A DNA stretch of 64,000 bases from a bacterium (GTDB lineage Bacteria; Desulfobacterota; DSWW01): contig JBFLZG010000008.1 in the NCBI GenBank assembly GCA_040756235.1, positions 1 through 64,000 on the forward strand, read 5' to 3'. Position numbers and translations under genes: made by a program. The notes under the pieces were generated by a model. The model searched no databases, had not been told where the DNA came from, and was given only the letters and a program-made list of their open reading frames with translations. Below, piece by piece: positions 1-9,210 of the stretch (its first letter is position 1; the number at the start of each line of letters is the position of its first letter).

Positions 1-27
1 CAGGACGAAGACCAGGCGCGCCCTCAT
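1..27 (-). CDS. fliP: 5' end of probable FliP (partial, runs off the window)
   Basis: ATG at 27 overlaps the fliO stop (ATGA) and reads MRARLVFVL. Identity is inferred only from the usual fliO-fliP order. Confidence 0.5.
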
Positions 28-437
28 GACTTGCCGGCCTCCTCGCCCCCGGTCGGCACAAACGTGCCGACGAGCCGTCCGAGAAGGGAGATCCCGTGCG
101 CCGTGACCCCCACCACCATCCGTTCCCCCATGATTTCCAGCACCGCGACCCGCTCCCGCTGACCGAGCGGCTTCACCGCGACCACCCGGATGAGCGCGTC
201 CCGGCCGCTGTTCTTTCTCCGGTTCCAGCGCAGGCACCAGAAGGCGGCCGCCCCGAGGAGAAACAGAAAGCCGACGGCGCGAGCCGCGCCCGCCGGGGAT
301 TCGCCTGCGGCCGCCGGCGCCAGGCCGGCCGCGGGCGAGGGGCCCTCCCCCTCTTCCGTGGTGCCGGCAGCCGCACCCGGCAAGCCGGCCACGGCCAGAA
401 GCCCGAGCAAACAGCAGCAGGCCCGCCACCGCCTCAT
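24..437 (-). CDS. fliO: Flagellar biosynthesis protein FliO/FliZ
   Basis: Hydrophobic segment followed by IRVVAVKPLGQRERVAVLEIMGERMVVGVTAHGISLL, typical of FliO. Follows fliN with an ATGA overlap. Confidence 0.88.
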   Translation of the reverse strand: MRRWRACCCLLGLLAVAGLPGAAAGTTEEGEGPSPAAGLAPAAAGESPAGAARAVGFLFLLGAAAFWCLRWNRRKNSGRDALIRVVAVKPLGQRERVAVLEIMGERMVVGVTAHGISLLGRLVGTFVPTGGEEAGKS

Positions 438-823
438 CCCAACCTCTCGATCCGCTCGGCAGGGCTCAGAATGTCCGTCAGGCGGATGCCGAATTTTTCG
501 TTCACGACCACGACTTCCCCCTTGCCGATCGGACGGCCTTGCACGAGCACTTCGAACGGCTCTCCGGCCAGCTTGTCCAGCTCCACGACCGACCCCTGGC
601 CGAGCTGCAGGATATCCTGCACCACGAGCCGCGTGCGGCCCAGCTCGATCGAGACCGTCACCGGAATGCCCAGGATCAGGTCCAGGTTCATGGTGCCCTG
701 CTTGGCATCCCCTCCCGCCCGCTCCTCAGGAGGCGGAGGCTGCCGCTCGCTCCGGGAGGATGTTTCCTTCGAGCCCGAGGCCCGCTCCGCGGGTAATCGC
801 GTCTTGTCTGTTTGCGGATCCAC
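434..823 (-). CDS. fliN: Flagellar motor switch protein FliN
   Basis: NLDLILGIPVTVSIELGRT...GEVVVVNEKFGIRLTDI (SpoA domain). GTG start at 823 chosen for its GGAAGGAG RBS. Confidence 0.95.
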   Translation of the reverse strand: MDPQTDKTRLPAERASGSKETSSRSERQPPPPEERAGGDAKQGTMNLDLILGIPVTVSIELGRTRLVVQDILQLGQGSVVELDKLAGEPFEVLVQGRPIGKGEVVVVNEKFGIRLTDILSPAERIERLG

Positions 824-1814
824 TGCGTTTCTCCTTCCTCGCGTCCGTGTCCAGAGAGAGGATCTCCACGGCATAGCACCCGTTGCGCCGCCCGGCCCGG
901 CAAAGGCCTCTGCCGGCGTCCTGGATCTTCAAGGCAAGCGGCTCGTCCGGGCCGATGTTCAAGCGCAGGATGTCTCCGACTTTCATGGTGAAGACGTCGC
1001 GCAGGGGGACTTCGCACGCGCCCAGCTCGACGCTCACGTCGAGGGTCATCGACATCAGGTGCTCCGACAGGCGCCTTCTCCAGGTCTCGTCGATTTCCGC
1101 GTACTCGGACTGAAACCTCCCGTAGAGCCTGTCCTTGACCGGCTCCACGGTCGAGTAGGGAATGCAGTAGCCCATGAACGCCCGATCCCACTCCAGCTCC
1201 ACCTGAAAGACGGTCGCGAGAACGATGTCCGTGGGCGTCACGATGTTGGCGAACTGGGGGTTCAGCTCCGAGCGCACGTAGCGGAACGTCATCTCCTCCA
1301 GCAGGGACCACGCCTTCTTCATGTCCTCGAAGCAGATGTCCAGCAGTCTCTTGATGATGCGCTGCTCGATGGCGGTGAAGTTTCTCCCCTCGATCTTCAT
1401 GCGGGACCGGCCGGGCCCGCCGAACAGAACGTCCACGATCAGGAAGATCAGCTTGGCGTCGAAGAAGAACAGGGAAGACCCGCGGAACGGCTCGGTGCGG
1501 AACAGGTTCAGGGACGACGGCACCGGGAGCTTCTTCAGGAACTCGCCGAACTTGATGAGCTCGAAGCTCTCCACCGTCACTTCGGCCATCCGTCCCAGGT
1601 AGCGGAACAGAGAGGCCGTGGAGTCCCGGGCGAACCGTTCGTTGATGATCTCCATGGTCGGCATGCGGCCGCGTATGATCCGGTCCTGATTGGCGAAGTC
1701 GTAGGTCCGAATGCCGCTGTCCACGTGCGCGGGGCGGTTTTCGGTCTCGACCTCGCCGTCCGAGATCCCCTTGAGCAGGGCATCCACTTCATCTTGGCTC
1801 AGGAGTTTTTCCAT
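726..1814 (-). CDS. fliM: Flagellar motor switch protein FliM
   Basis: N-terminal CheY-binding motif MEKLLSQDEVDALL, then YDF and IEGRNFTAIE. Start placed at MEKLL. Confidence 0.96.
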   Translation of the reverse strand: MEKLLSQDEVDALLKGISDGEVETENRPAHVDSGIRTYDFANQDRIIRGRMPTMEIINERFARDSTASLFRYLGRMAEVTVESFELIKFGEFLKKLPVPSSLNLFRTEPFRGSSLFFFDAKLIFLIVDVLFGGPGRSRMKIEGRNFTAIEQRIIKRLLDICFEDMKKAWSLLEEMTFRYVRSELNPQFANIVTPTDIVLATVFQVELEWDRAFMGYCIPYSTVEPVKDRLYGRFQSEYAEIDETWRRRLSEHLMSMTLDVSVELGACEVPLRDVFTMKVGDILRLNIGPDEPLALKIQDAGRGLCRAGRRNGCYAVEILSLDTDARKEKRSGSANRQDAITRGAGLGLEGNILPERAAASAS

Positions 1815-1906
1815 CGAGGGTCCCATCGAGCTCGGTTGCCGGTCTCGGCTGCCGGGCGCCGGCTGCAAGAGCGCGAACCGTCGTTCGCTCAGGCCGCGGC
1901 GTTGGT

Positions 1907-2389
1907 CTACTGGACGACGAAATCGGTGAAGTACACGCCCTTCGTCTTGCCCTCGCCCAGGACGCGGTTCAGGCGGTACAGGATCTCCTCGCGCAGCCGC
2001 ATCTTGCCTTCGATCGAGGCGACTTCATCATATTGTTTGCTCGACAGAAGAATGATCAGGTGATCGCGTATCTTGGGCATGTGCTCGTCGACGCAGGGCT
2101 TGTCGCAGCCGACCACGTCGATCTCCAGGCTGAGCTTCAGATAACGCACGCCTTCGTCCTGGAACAGGTTCACGATGAACGGCTCGAGCGGCACCGTGAC
2201 CGCCGTTTCTGCCTTGGCCTCTTGCGGGTCGCCCGTGCCCGGCGCCAGCAGGAACTTCCAGGCCAAGACCCCCCCTGCGGCTGCGACCAAGACCGCCGCC
2301 GCCACCAGGACGATCCACTTCTTTCCTTTTCCCTTCGGCTTCTCCGGCGTCGCTGCTTCCGGAGCCGTTCGCTCTTCCGGCACGGCCAT
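1907..2389 (-). CDS. fliL: Flagellar basal body-associated protein FliL
   Basis: Single TM, LEPFIVNL, IRDHLIILLSSK, C-terminal VYFTDFVVQ. ATG at 2389 follows GGAGGG. Confidence 0.95.
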   Translation of the reverse strand: MAVPEERTAPEAATPEKPKGKGKKWIVLVAAAVLVAAAGGVLAWKFLLAPGTGDPQEAKAETAVTVPLEPFIVNLFQDEGVRYLKLSLEIDVVGCDKPCVDEHMPKIRDHLIILLSSKQYDEVASIEGKMRLREEILYRLNRVLGEGKTKGVYFTDFVVQ

Positions 2390-2421
2390 CGACCCCTCCC
2401 TCCAAAAGCCCGTTTCGGGTC

Positions 2422-2436
2422 TCAAATCGATTTCCA
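2422..2436 (-). promoter_or_regulatory. Possible variant sigma54 -24/-12 element upstream of fliL
   Basis: Minus strand TGGAAAT-CGAT-TTGA. GG-N10 spacing is correct, but -12 reads GA instead of GC. Confidence 0.35.
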
Positions 2437-2450
2437 GTATCTCCGAACAG

Positions 2451-2526
2451 AGACTCACATCGACCTTCCTCGAGAGGCGCTTCATCGGGAATTTCCTGAT
2501 TTTTGCCTTCGGGATGCCTGAATCTG
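2451..2526 (-). promoter_or_regulatory. Conserved upstream element, copy A (shared with 23761..23836)
   Basis: Ungapped match to the region upstream of the TPR gene: 34/44 identical over 2483..2526, plus a shared CACATCG at the same offset. Contains TCAGG repeated 22 bp apart. Confidence 0.55.
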
Positions 2527-2543
2527 GCTGGGAGATGCTCTTT

Positions 2544-2825
2544 GCGTGATGCCGGCGAACAGAGGGATGCGCGCTTGCGCGGGAATGACGGGCCGACTGA
2601 GCAGGGACCGGATTCCGGCCTGCGAGCCTGTGTCATGATCCGTCCTCCCGGCCCAGGTGCGGAGCGCGTGAAAGCCGGGATCCAGAAGGGTGCATCGGGA
2701 ACAGCGATGGTTGCCGGGCACATGGACTGGATTCCGGATGTCGCCTGCTTCTCAGGCTCCTCCGGAATGACGGAGAATGGGTCATTCAGCCGGCTTGCGA
2801 CACAGCCTCCTGCGCCGCAATGACG
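2544..2825. repeat. Cluster of CGTC-type palindromic REP-like repeats
   Basis: Units such as cgtcctcccggcccaggtgcggagcgcgtgaaagccgggatccag and ...ggaatgacg. Near-identical units occur at 23925 and 31303. Confidence 0.8.
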
Positions 2826-2977
2826 GGAAAGGCGGTACCAGGCGGAAGGCTGGGCTATGCGCAGCCTGTCCACCCATCACGGGTGCGAGGCAATGCGCCG
2901 GGTGTCTGCCCCGATCGACTCGGGCTCAGGGCGTTTCGAGGAGTGGGCGCGTCCGGGCCCGTGGAGCTGGACCACGC

Positions 2978-4816
2978 TCACCCGAGGGCCCAGGAGGCGC
3001 AGATGGTGGTGCCTTTGCCTGCTTCAGACTTCACGCTGAAAGCACCGCCCGACAGCTCGGCCCGCTCTCTCATGCTGGAGAGGCCCAGCCCTCTGCCGAA
3101 AGGGCCCAGGATCTGTGCCGTCGCCGTATCGAACCCTTCCCCTTCGTCCTGGATGACCAGCTCGAGACAGGAACCGGTCCTGGCCAATCGAAGGCGCACG
3201 AGCCCGGCCTTGCTGTGCTTCCCCGCATTGGTCATGGCTTCCTGCAGGATTCTGAAGATCACCATCCGCAAGGGTTGCGGCACATCCTCTTCCGTAGCAT
3301 GAATGCCCGGCTCGACTCGAATCCGCGGGAAGGTCTTCGCATATTCGCGGCAGAACCACTTGATGGAGGCCAGCAGCCCGAAGTCGTCCAGAATGTGCGG
3401 GCGCAAGGCCATGTGGAATTTTCGTATCTCTTCGATGCTCTGCTGAAGCATCGGGACGAGGTCCTCGAGAGAACCGGCCAGGGTCCTGCTCTTTCCTTTT
3501 CTCGCCCTCAGGAGCGCTTCCTCGACCCTGTACTTCACCGCAGCCAGGATCTGACCGACGCTGTCGTGGACCTCCTTGGCCAGAAAGCTTCTCTCGTTCT
3601 CCAGCGACCGCAGGAGCTGGCTCGACATGTTCCGGAGCTCCTCATGGGCTTCCGTCAAGTCCCCGTGGACCTTCTGCAGCTCTTCATTGGCCTTCACCAA
3701 CTCCGCGGTCCGCTCCCGCACCCGTAACTCCAGCTCGTCGCGCGACCTCCGCAGATCGTCCTCGATCTGCTTGCGCTCGGTGATGTCCAGGAAGGCCGAG
3801 ATGCTGCCCCGGACCGCCCCTCGGGCATCGAACAGCGGGCTGGCGTTGCCCAGGATGGTGATCGTCCTGCTGCTCGGCAGCAGGACATCCAACTCGCAAT
3901 CGTTGAGGTCGGCGCCCGTAGCCGCCGCCCTTTGCATGGGCAGCTCCTCGGGCCTGAGCTCTCTTCCGTCCTGGAAGAAGCGGCGGGTGAAGTCCTGCTC
4001 GCCGCCGATCGCACCGGCAGATAGATTCTCCCCCGCCCGAGCCTCATAAAACCCCTTGGCCGCACGATTGCCGATGATCGTGCCGCACAGCGGATCGTTG
4101 GAAATCCACACTGCATTCGGCACCAGGTCCATCAGCGTAGCCAGTTCCTCGGCGCGCCGGCGGGCATTCTCTTCGCTTTGGCGCAGGGCCTGTTCCGCCG
4201 CCAACCGCTCGATCAGGTCCGCCGCCTGACGCGCCAGCAGATCGAGCCGCCACAGGTCGTCCTCATCGGGAACGTGGGGAACGCCCCAGTGAGTCGTGAC
4301 GATGCCCAGCAGCATGCCGCTGCGGCTGAGCAGAGGCGTGGACTGCACGGATCGCACCCCGGCCTGCCTCAGCACGTCGAGCGACGGCGTGCCGGCGAAA
4401 AGGGGGCTGCATTCCACGTCCTCGACGATCACGCGCGCGCGCCGGTTCATGGCCTCCACGCAGGCGGAAGCCTGATTCTCGGCCGACGCAAAGAACCCCA
4501 GCAACGAAGGCCCATGGCCTCGATGGGCCACCAGGCGCAGTGCATCGCCCTCGATCAGTCGGAACGTGCCCCCTGCGGCGTCCCCGATCGCGACCGCGGT
4601 TTCCAGGATCTCCCGCAGCAGCGACCCCAGCCCGCCGGGCTCCAGAAGTCTCGTGCTCAGGGCGTGCATGCGCCTGAGGACCACCAGCTCCTCGGCCCAA
4701 CGATCCTGGGTCCGCTTGCGGTCGATGAACCCTTCGATCATCCGGTCGGACAGAGCTCGATCCTTATTCTCGCTCAGGCGAAGAGCCCCGCTGTTCAGGT
4801 ATCGGGCGTTTTTCAT
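2978..4816 (-). CDS. Cytoplasmic GAF-PAS sensor histidine kinase, HisKA_3 (NarX/DegS type)
   Basis: GAF (GVRSVQSTPLLSRSG), PAS/PAC (AFLDITERK), H-box ERSFLAKEVHDSVGQ, QEAMTNAGKHS, DEGEGF, GLGL. Start uncertain; the ORF extends to 4924. Confidence 0.9.
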   Translation of the reverse strand: MKNARYLNSGALRLSENKDRALSDRMIEGFIDRKRTQDRWAEELVVLRRMHALSTRLLEPGGLGSLLREILETAVAIGDAAGGTFRLIEGDALRLVAHRGHGPSLLGFFASAENQASACVEAMNRRARVIVEDVECSPLFAGTPSLDVLRQAGVRSVQSTPLLSRSGMLLGIVTTHWGVPHVPDEDDLWRLDLLARQAADLIERLAAEQALRQSEENARRRAEELATLMDLVPNAVWISNDPLCGTIIGNRAAKGFYEARAGENLSAGAIGGEQDFTRRFFQDGRELRPEELPMQRAAATGADLNDCELDVLLPSSRTITILGNASPLFDARGAVRGSISAFLDITERKQIEDDLRRSRDELELRVRERTAELVKANEELQKVHGDLTEAHEELRNMSSQLLRSLENERSFLAKEVHDSVGQILAAVKYRVEEALLRARKGKSRTLAGSLEDLVPMLQQSIEEIRKFHMALRPHILDDFGLLASIKWFCREYAKTFPRIRVEPGIHATEEDVPQPLRMVIFRILQEAMTNAGKHSKAGLVRLRLARTGSCLELVIQDEGEGFDTATAQILGPFGRGLGLSSMRERAELSGGAFSVKSEAGKGTTICASWALG

Positions 4817-5213
4817 GTCTTTCACCGATGCTCGCTGACCGTCGACCGGAACGCCTGGTCCTGCTTGCGACCAGGCTCCCGGAGCGCCTTTGCGCCTCTT
4901 CTCTTGCCGCAGCGGAAGACGCAAGTTTCATCGGGATAGTCTGGCAGCAAATGAACCGGAATGCACCTGTTTTCCGCGCCAGGATCGGGGCGGGCCCGTC
5001 GGTTTGCGCGCCCCCCCCGGCATAATCAAGCGGAAGCAAAGGATATTTGGCAGACGGCCCGGCGCGTCGCGGTCGCGACCGTCCCGCCCCGTTCCGAACC
5101 GGCCCGCGCCCGACTCCTCCGGCAGCAGGCCGACGGGGAACGTTCACCTTGTATCCGAGGAAGCGGGTGCGGTACATTCCTCTCGCAACGGACAGCGCCT
5201 GAAGGAGAGCCGC

Positions 5214-6974
5214 TTGGGGATCACATCTGACATCATTCTTCTGGTCGTGGCCGCCTTTTTCAGCGGGCTCCTGATGCAGAGACTCGGCCAGCCGCTGATT
5301 CTCGGTTACATCCTGGTCGGCGTCATTCTGGGGCCGCACACCGGCGGTCTCGCGATTTCGAACGTCCACGACATCGAGCTGCTGGCGGAAATCGGAGTCG
5401 CCCTGCTCCTTTTCGCACTGGGGCTGGAGTTCTCGTTCAAAGACCTCGAGCCGGTGCGGAAGGTCGCCCTGATCGGAGCTCCGATCCAGATCCTGCTCAC
5501 GATCGGGCTGGGATTCGGCATCGGACATGCGATGGGATGGGACTGGAAATCGTCTCTGTGGCTCGGAGCGCTGATCTCCCTTTCGAGCACCATGGTGATC
5601 CTCAAGACGCTGATGAGCCAAGGCTGGCTCGGCACGCTTTCCAGCAAGGTGATGATCGGGATGCTGATCGTTCAGGATCTGGCGGTCGTGCCCCTGATGA
5701 TCATTCTTCCGCAGATGAACCACCCCTCGGTCGGTCTGCCCGTCCTCGGGTTGGCAGCCGTCAAGGCGGTCGTATTCATCGCCTCGATGGTCCTGGTCGG
5801 GACTCGCTTGCTGCCCCGCTTCATGGCTCATATCGCGCAGCTGGGTTCGCGCGAGCTGTTTCTGCTCGCCATCACGGCGATCGGGCTCGGCATCGGCTAC
5901 ATCACGCACCTGGTGGGCCTGTCGTTCGCGTTCGGAGCCTTTGTCGCAGGGATGGCACTGAGCGCATCGGACTACAGCTACCAGGCGTTGAGCGACATCA
6001 TCCCGGTCCGGGATCTGTTCGGGCTGCTGTTCTTCGCCTCGGTAGGCATGCTCCTGGATCCGGCTTTCCTCCTGGAGCACTTCGGGCAGGTGGCCTTGCT
6101 CGTGCTGGGAGTGAGCGTGGGCAAGGGGCTCATTTTCGCCGGGGTGACCCGCCTGTTCGGGTACGGGAATGTCGTTCCCTGGGCCGTGGGGCTGGGGCTG
6201 TTCCAGATCGGCGAGTTTTCGTTCGTGCTCGCACGGGTGGGTGTTTCGACGAGCTCCATCGGCAGCGATGTCTACAATCTTTTCCTCACCGCAGCGGTGT
6301 TCACCATGATCCTGACGCCTTTCGTATCGGGCCAGACGGCGCGCCTCTATGCTCTCCGAAGACACTGGTACCGGCATGAGCCTCTCGAGCCCATGAACTT
6401 CCCGGAAGCCGCCCTGCAGCGCCACGTCATCATCGCCGGCGGCGGGCGGGTCGGGTTCCAGGTAGCCCGGGTCCTGAGCCGCCTGGGTCTGCAATTCGTC
6501 GTCATCGAGCTCGACCAGCATCGGGTGGAGCAGGCCAAGGCTGCGGGCATGCCGGTCGTATATGGGGACGCGAGCCACGAGATCGTGCTCGAGGCTGCCA
6601 GGATCAAGGCCGCACGCATGATCCTGATCACCACCCCGGCCATCGTCGTGCTGCGCGCCGTCGCGACTTGTGCGAAAAGGCTCAACCGCGAGATCGACAT
6701 CATGGCAAGAGCTTCGGACCTCGAGCTCATGGCCGCCTGTAACGAATGGGGCGTGCTGGACGTCGTCATGCCGGAGTACGAGGCCGGACTCGAGATGACG
6801 CGCAGGGTGCTCGTGCATCTGGGGATCCCCGCACCGGAGATCCAGAAACACACCGAGTCGCTGCGGCAGGAGCTGTTTGCTCCTGTTTTCGGCACGAGCG
6901 GGGCTTGCCGCGCCGCATCTTCAGCGGGCCCGGATCGAACCGGGCAGCCCTCGGATCGACACGCCGCCCGGTGA
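5214..6974 (+). CDS. CPA2/Kef-family cation:proton antiporter with C-terminal TrkA-N (KTN) domain
   Basis: About 12-13 TM segments, [43 protein letters not shown] and VYGDA. TTG start at 5214 follows AAGGAG. Confidence 0.92.
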   Translation: MGITSDIILLVVAAFFSGLLMQRLGQPLILGYILVGVILGPHTGGLAISNVHDIELLAEIGVALLLFALGLEFSFKDLEPVRKVALIGAPIQILLTIGLGFGIGHAMGWDWKSSLWLGALISLSSTMVILKTLMSQGWLGTLSSKVMIGMLIVQDLAVVPLMIILPQMNHPSVGLPVLGLAAVKAVVFIASMVLVGTRLLPRFMAHIAQLGSRELFLLAITAIGLGIGYITHLVGLSFAFGAFVAGMALSASDYSYQALSDIIPVRDLFGLLFFASVGMLLDPAFLLEHFGQVALLVLGVSVGKGLIFAGVTRLFGYGNVVPWAVGLGLFQIGEFSFVLARVGVSTSSIGSDVYNLFLTAAVFTMILTPFVSGQTARLYALRRHWYRHEPLEPMNFPEAALQRHVIIAGGGRVGFQVARVLSRLGLQFVVIELDQHRVEQAKAAGMPVVYGDASHEIVLEAARIKAARMILITTPAIVVLRAVATCAKRLNREIDIMARASDLELMAACNEWGVLDVVMPEYEAGLEMTRRVLVHLGIPAPEIQKHTESLRQELFAPVFGTSGACRAASSAGPDRTGQPSDRHAAR

Positions 6975-7060
6975 GCGGCGCCCCTACGACGCCCCGCACA
7001 AGCGCTCGCCGGGATGACCTGCCACGAGTCCCGCCAGGCCCATGCCGGGACAGCCCGGGG

Positions 7061-7103
7061 TCGGCTCCCGGCGCCCGGCCGGCGGCCGGGGGCCGAGAGC
7101 CGA
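7061..7103. terminator. GC-rich hairpin between the convergent antiporter and flgE genes
   Basis: tcggctc-c-cggc-g-cccggccg / cggccggg-g-gccg-a-gagccga forms a long imperfect stem. No strong U-tract. Confidence 0.5.
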
Positions 7104-7136
7104 TTCTTGAGACCTGAAACCTGTCTTGGCGGCTGC

Positions 7137-8429
7137 TTACCGCTTCAGGTTCACGAGATCGGTCAGGATCTCGTCCGTGGTCGTGATCACCTTCGAATTG
7201 GCCTGGAAGCCCTTCTGCGCCGTGATCATGCGCACGAACTCCCCGGCCAGATCCACGTTCGACAGCTCGAGGGTGTTGGACCGGATCGCCCCCATGCCCT
7301 CGTTGCCCGCCGTGCCGATCACGGCCGTGCCGGAGAAAGGCGACTCGCAGAAGAGCATCTGGCCCACGCTCTGCAAGCCGGATGCGCTCGGGAAATCCGC
7401 CAGCGCGACCTGCCCCAGGGCTCTCATCTTGCCGTTGCTGAACGAGCCGGTGAGCATGCCCGAATCGTCGATCGACACCCCCTGCAGACTTCCGGATTCA
7501 TAGCCGTCCTGTTGCAGGCTGTAGACACCCGATGGGGCGCCGAACTGCGTGACTCCTTCCAGGCCGGTGCCGCTGTCCGCGATGCTGGTCCCGAAGTTGA
7601 AGGCGATCTGCTGGTCCTGCGCCGCCCCGCCCGAGAAGTCGAATCCGCCTGTCGGATAGCTGATCGCGCCTGCGCTATCCAGGGCGCCGGTGGACGTGAA
7701 CTGCAGCGTTCCCTGGGCCGCAATTTCCTTCACGCCACTCTGCGCCGCATCCGCGTCGATGACCGCGTACCACTCCCACAGGTTGCCTGCCGGCAGCTCC
7801 TGATCTTTTCGGAAGCACACGTCCACCGGGTGACCGTTGCCGAGGGAGTCGAACACGGTCACGGTCGTGGCGAAGTTCGAGGTGTTATCTGTGTCATCCA
7901 CGTCGAAGGCGGGGAGGGTCTCCGCATCGGAGTGAAGGTTGGCCTGAATCGCCACCTCCGCGGTCGGCTGCGGGGGGTAACTGCTGGAAGTGACCTGCAG
8001 GTTGGCCACGCTGTTCAGGACGTTTCCCCGGGAGTCCACCTGGAATCCCTGGAGAAACAAACCCGCCTGGTTGACGATGTACCCGTCCTTGTCCAGCTTG
8101 AACTGTCCGGCGCGCGTGTAGAAAGTGGCGTTGTCCGCGTCTTTCATCACGAAGAACCCGCTGCCGTCGACCGCGAGGTCCAGCGGATTCTCGGTCGTCT
8201 CGAACGCCCCTTGCGTGAAGCTCGGCATGACCGCCGACATGAGCACGCCGAGCCCGACCGAGTTGTCTCCGGAAACGCCGCTCAGGCTCTGGTTGATGAT
8301 GTCCTCGAAGTAGGAACGGCTCCCCTTGAACCCGTAGGTGTTCATGTTGGCCAGGTTGTTGCCCACCACGCTCATCTCGCTCATGTGGGCATTGATGCCG
8401 CTCACACCCGTGTACAGTGACGTAAGCAT
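7137..8429 (-). CDS. flgE: Flagellar hook protein FlgE
   Basis: SLYTGVSG...GNNLANMNTYGFK, YTRAGQF, LELSNVDLAGEFVRMITAQKGFQANSK. Follows flgD. Confidence 0.97.
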   Translation of the reverse strand: MLTSLYTGVSGINAHMSEMSVVGNNLANMNTYGFKGSRSYFEDIINQSLSGVSGDNSVGLGVLMSAVMPSFTQGAFETTENPLDLAVDGSGFFVMKDADNATFYTRAGQFKLDKDGYIVNQAGLFLQGFQVDSRGNVLNSVANLQVTSSSYPPQPTAEVAIQANLHSDAETLPAFDVDDTDNTSNFATTVTVFDSLGNGHPVDVCFRKDQELPAGNLWEWYAVIDADAAQSGVKEIAAQGTLQFTSTGALDSAGAISYPTGGFDFSGGAAQDQQIAFNFGTSIADSGTGLEGVTQFGAPSGVYSLQQDGYESGSLQGVSIDDSGMLTGSFSNGKMRALGQVALADFPSASGLQSVGQMLFCESPFSGTAVIGTAGNEGMGAIRSNTLELSNVDLAGEFVRMITAQKGFQANSKVITTTDEILTDLVNLKR

Positions 8430-8520
8430 TTCAGACTCCTCCTTCAGCTCGAGTGGGTTGCCTTCTTTTCACGCCGGGGCCCCGCCAGCGACGCTTGCGC
8501 TCGAGGCCCGCCCCGCACGA

Positions 8521-9186
8521 TTACGCCGCCAGGTCGACCCCGATCCCGTAGATCTCTCCGAGACCGATCCACTGCCCTCCCACCTGGAGGTAGGGGCTGC
8601 CGTTGCGGAACTCGACCTTTTCCACCCTGCCCTTCTGGATGGAGGCAGCCGTCACGGTCTGCCCGCTGCTGCCCTCGGCCTCCACCTCGAAGCGATAGCC
8701 GCCCGCGGGCACGTTCTGCCCGTACTCGTCTTTGCCGTCCCACGTTGCCGACTGCTTGCCGGCCGACATGGCGCCCAAGCTGCAGGTGCGGACGACCTTT
8801 CCCTGCTCGTCGTAGATCTTGAGCGTGACGCCGGCGGCGTCGGAGCTCAGGGTGAACCCCAGGTCCGAGGAGGTCCCCTCCGCGTGGGAGATCTCGTCGC
8901 CTGCGAACTCCACGGTCCGGCCGATCAGGGCCACCGCCCCGAAGTTGTTCAACGAAGCCATATAGCTTTTCAAGTCCCCGACCCCGGTGGACACCTCCCG
9001 CATGGTGTCGAGCTGGGTGAACTGGGCCAGCTGGGTCACGAACTCCGTGCCTTCCATGGGCTGCAGAGGGTCCTGGTTCTTGAGCTGCGTGATGAGCAGG
9101 TTCAGGAAGACCTGCTGGCTCGCCATGTCCGTGCTCCCGACCGCGGAAGCGATGCTCTGCGTCCCTGACCCGACTCCCTGAATCAT
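8521..9186 (-). CDS. flgD: Flagellar hook capping protein FlgD
   Basis: FLNLLITQLKNQDPLQPM...FVTQLAQF and WDGKD. Start at MIQGV. Confidence 0.97.
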   Translation of the reverse strand: MIQGVGSGTQSIASAVGSTDMASQQVFLNLLITQLKNQDPLQPMEGTEFVTQLAQFTQLDTMREVSTGVGDLKSYMASLNNFGAVALIGRTVEFAGDEISHAEGTSSDLGFTLSSDAAGVTLKIYDEQGKVVRTCSLGAMSAGKQSATWDGKDEYGQNVPAGGYRFEVEAEGSSGQTVTAASIQKGRVEKVEFRNGSPYLQVGGQWIGLGEIYGIGVDLAA

Positions 9187-9210
9187 GTGACAGCCTCCTC
9201 TCACCTTCGA

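Noticed and set aside
4928..4954. Weak sigma28-like site (TCAT-N15-CCCGATGA, minus strand) above the HisKA_3 kinase
   Set aside because: Several mismatches in both boxes; not distinguishable from chance.
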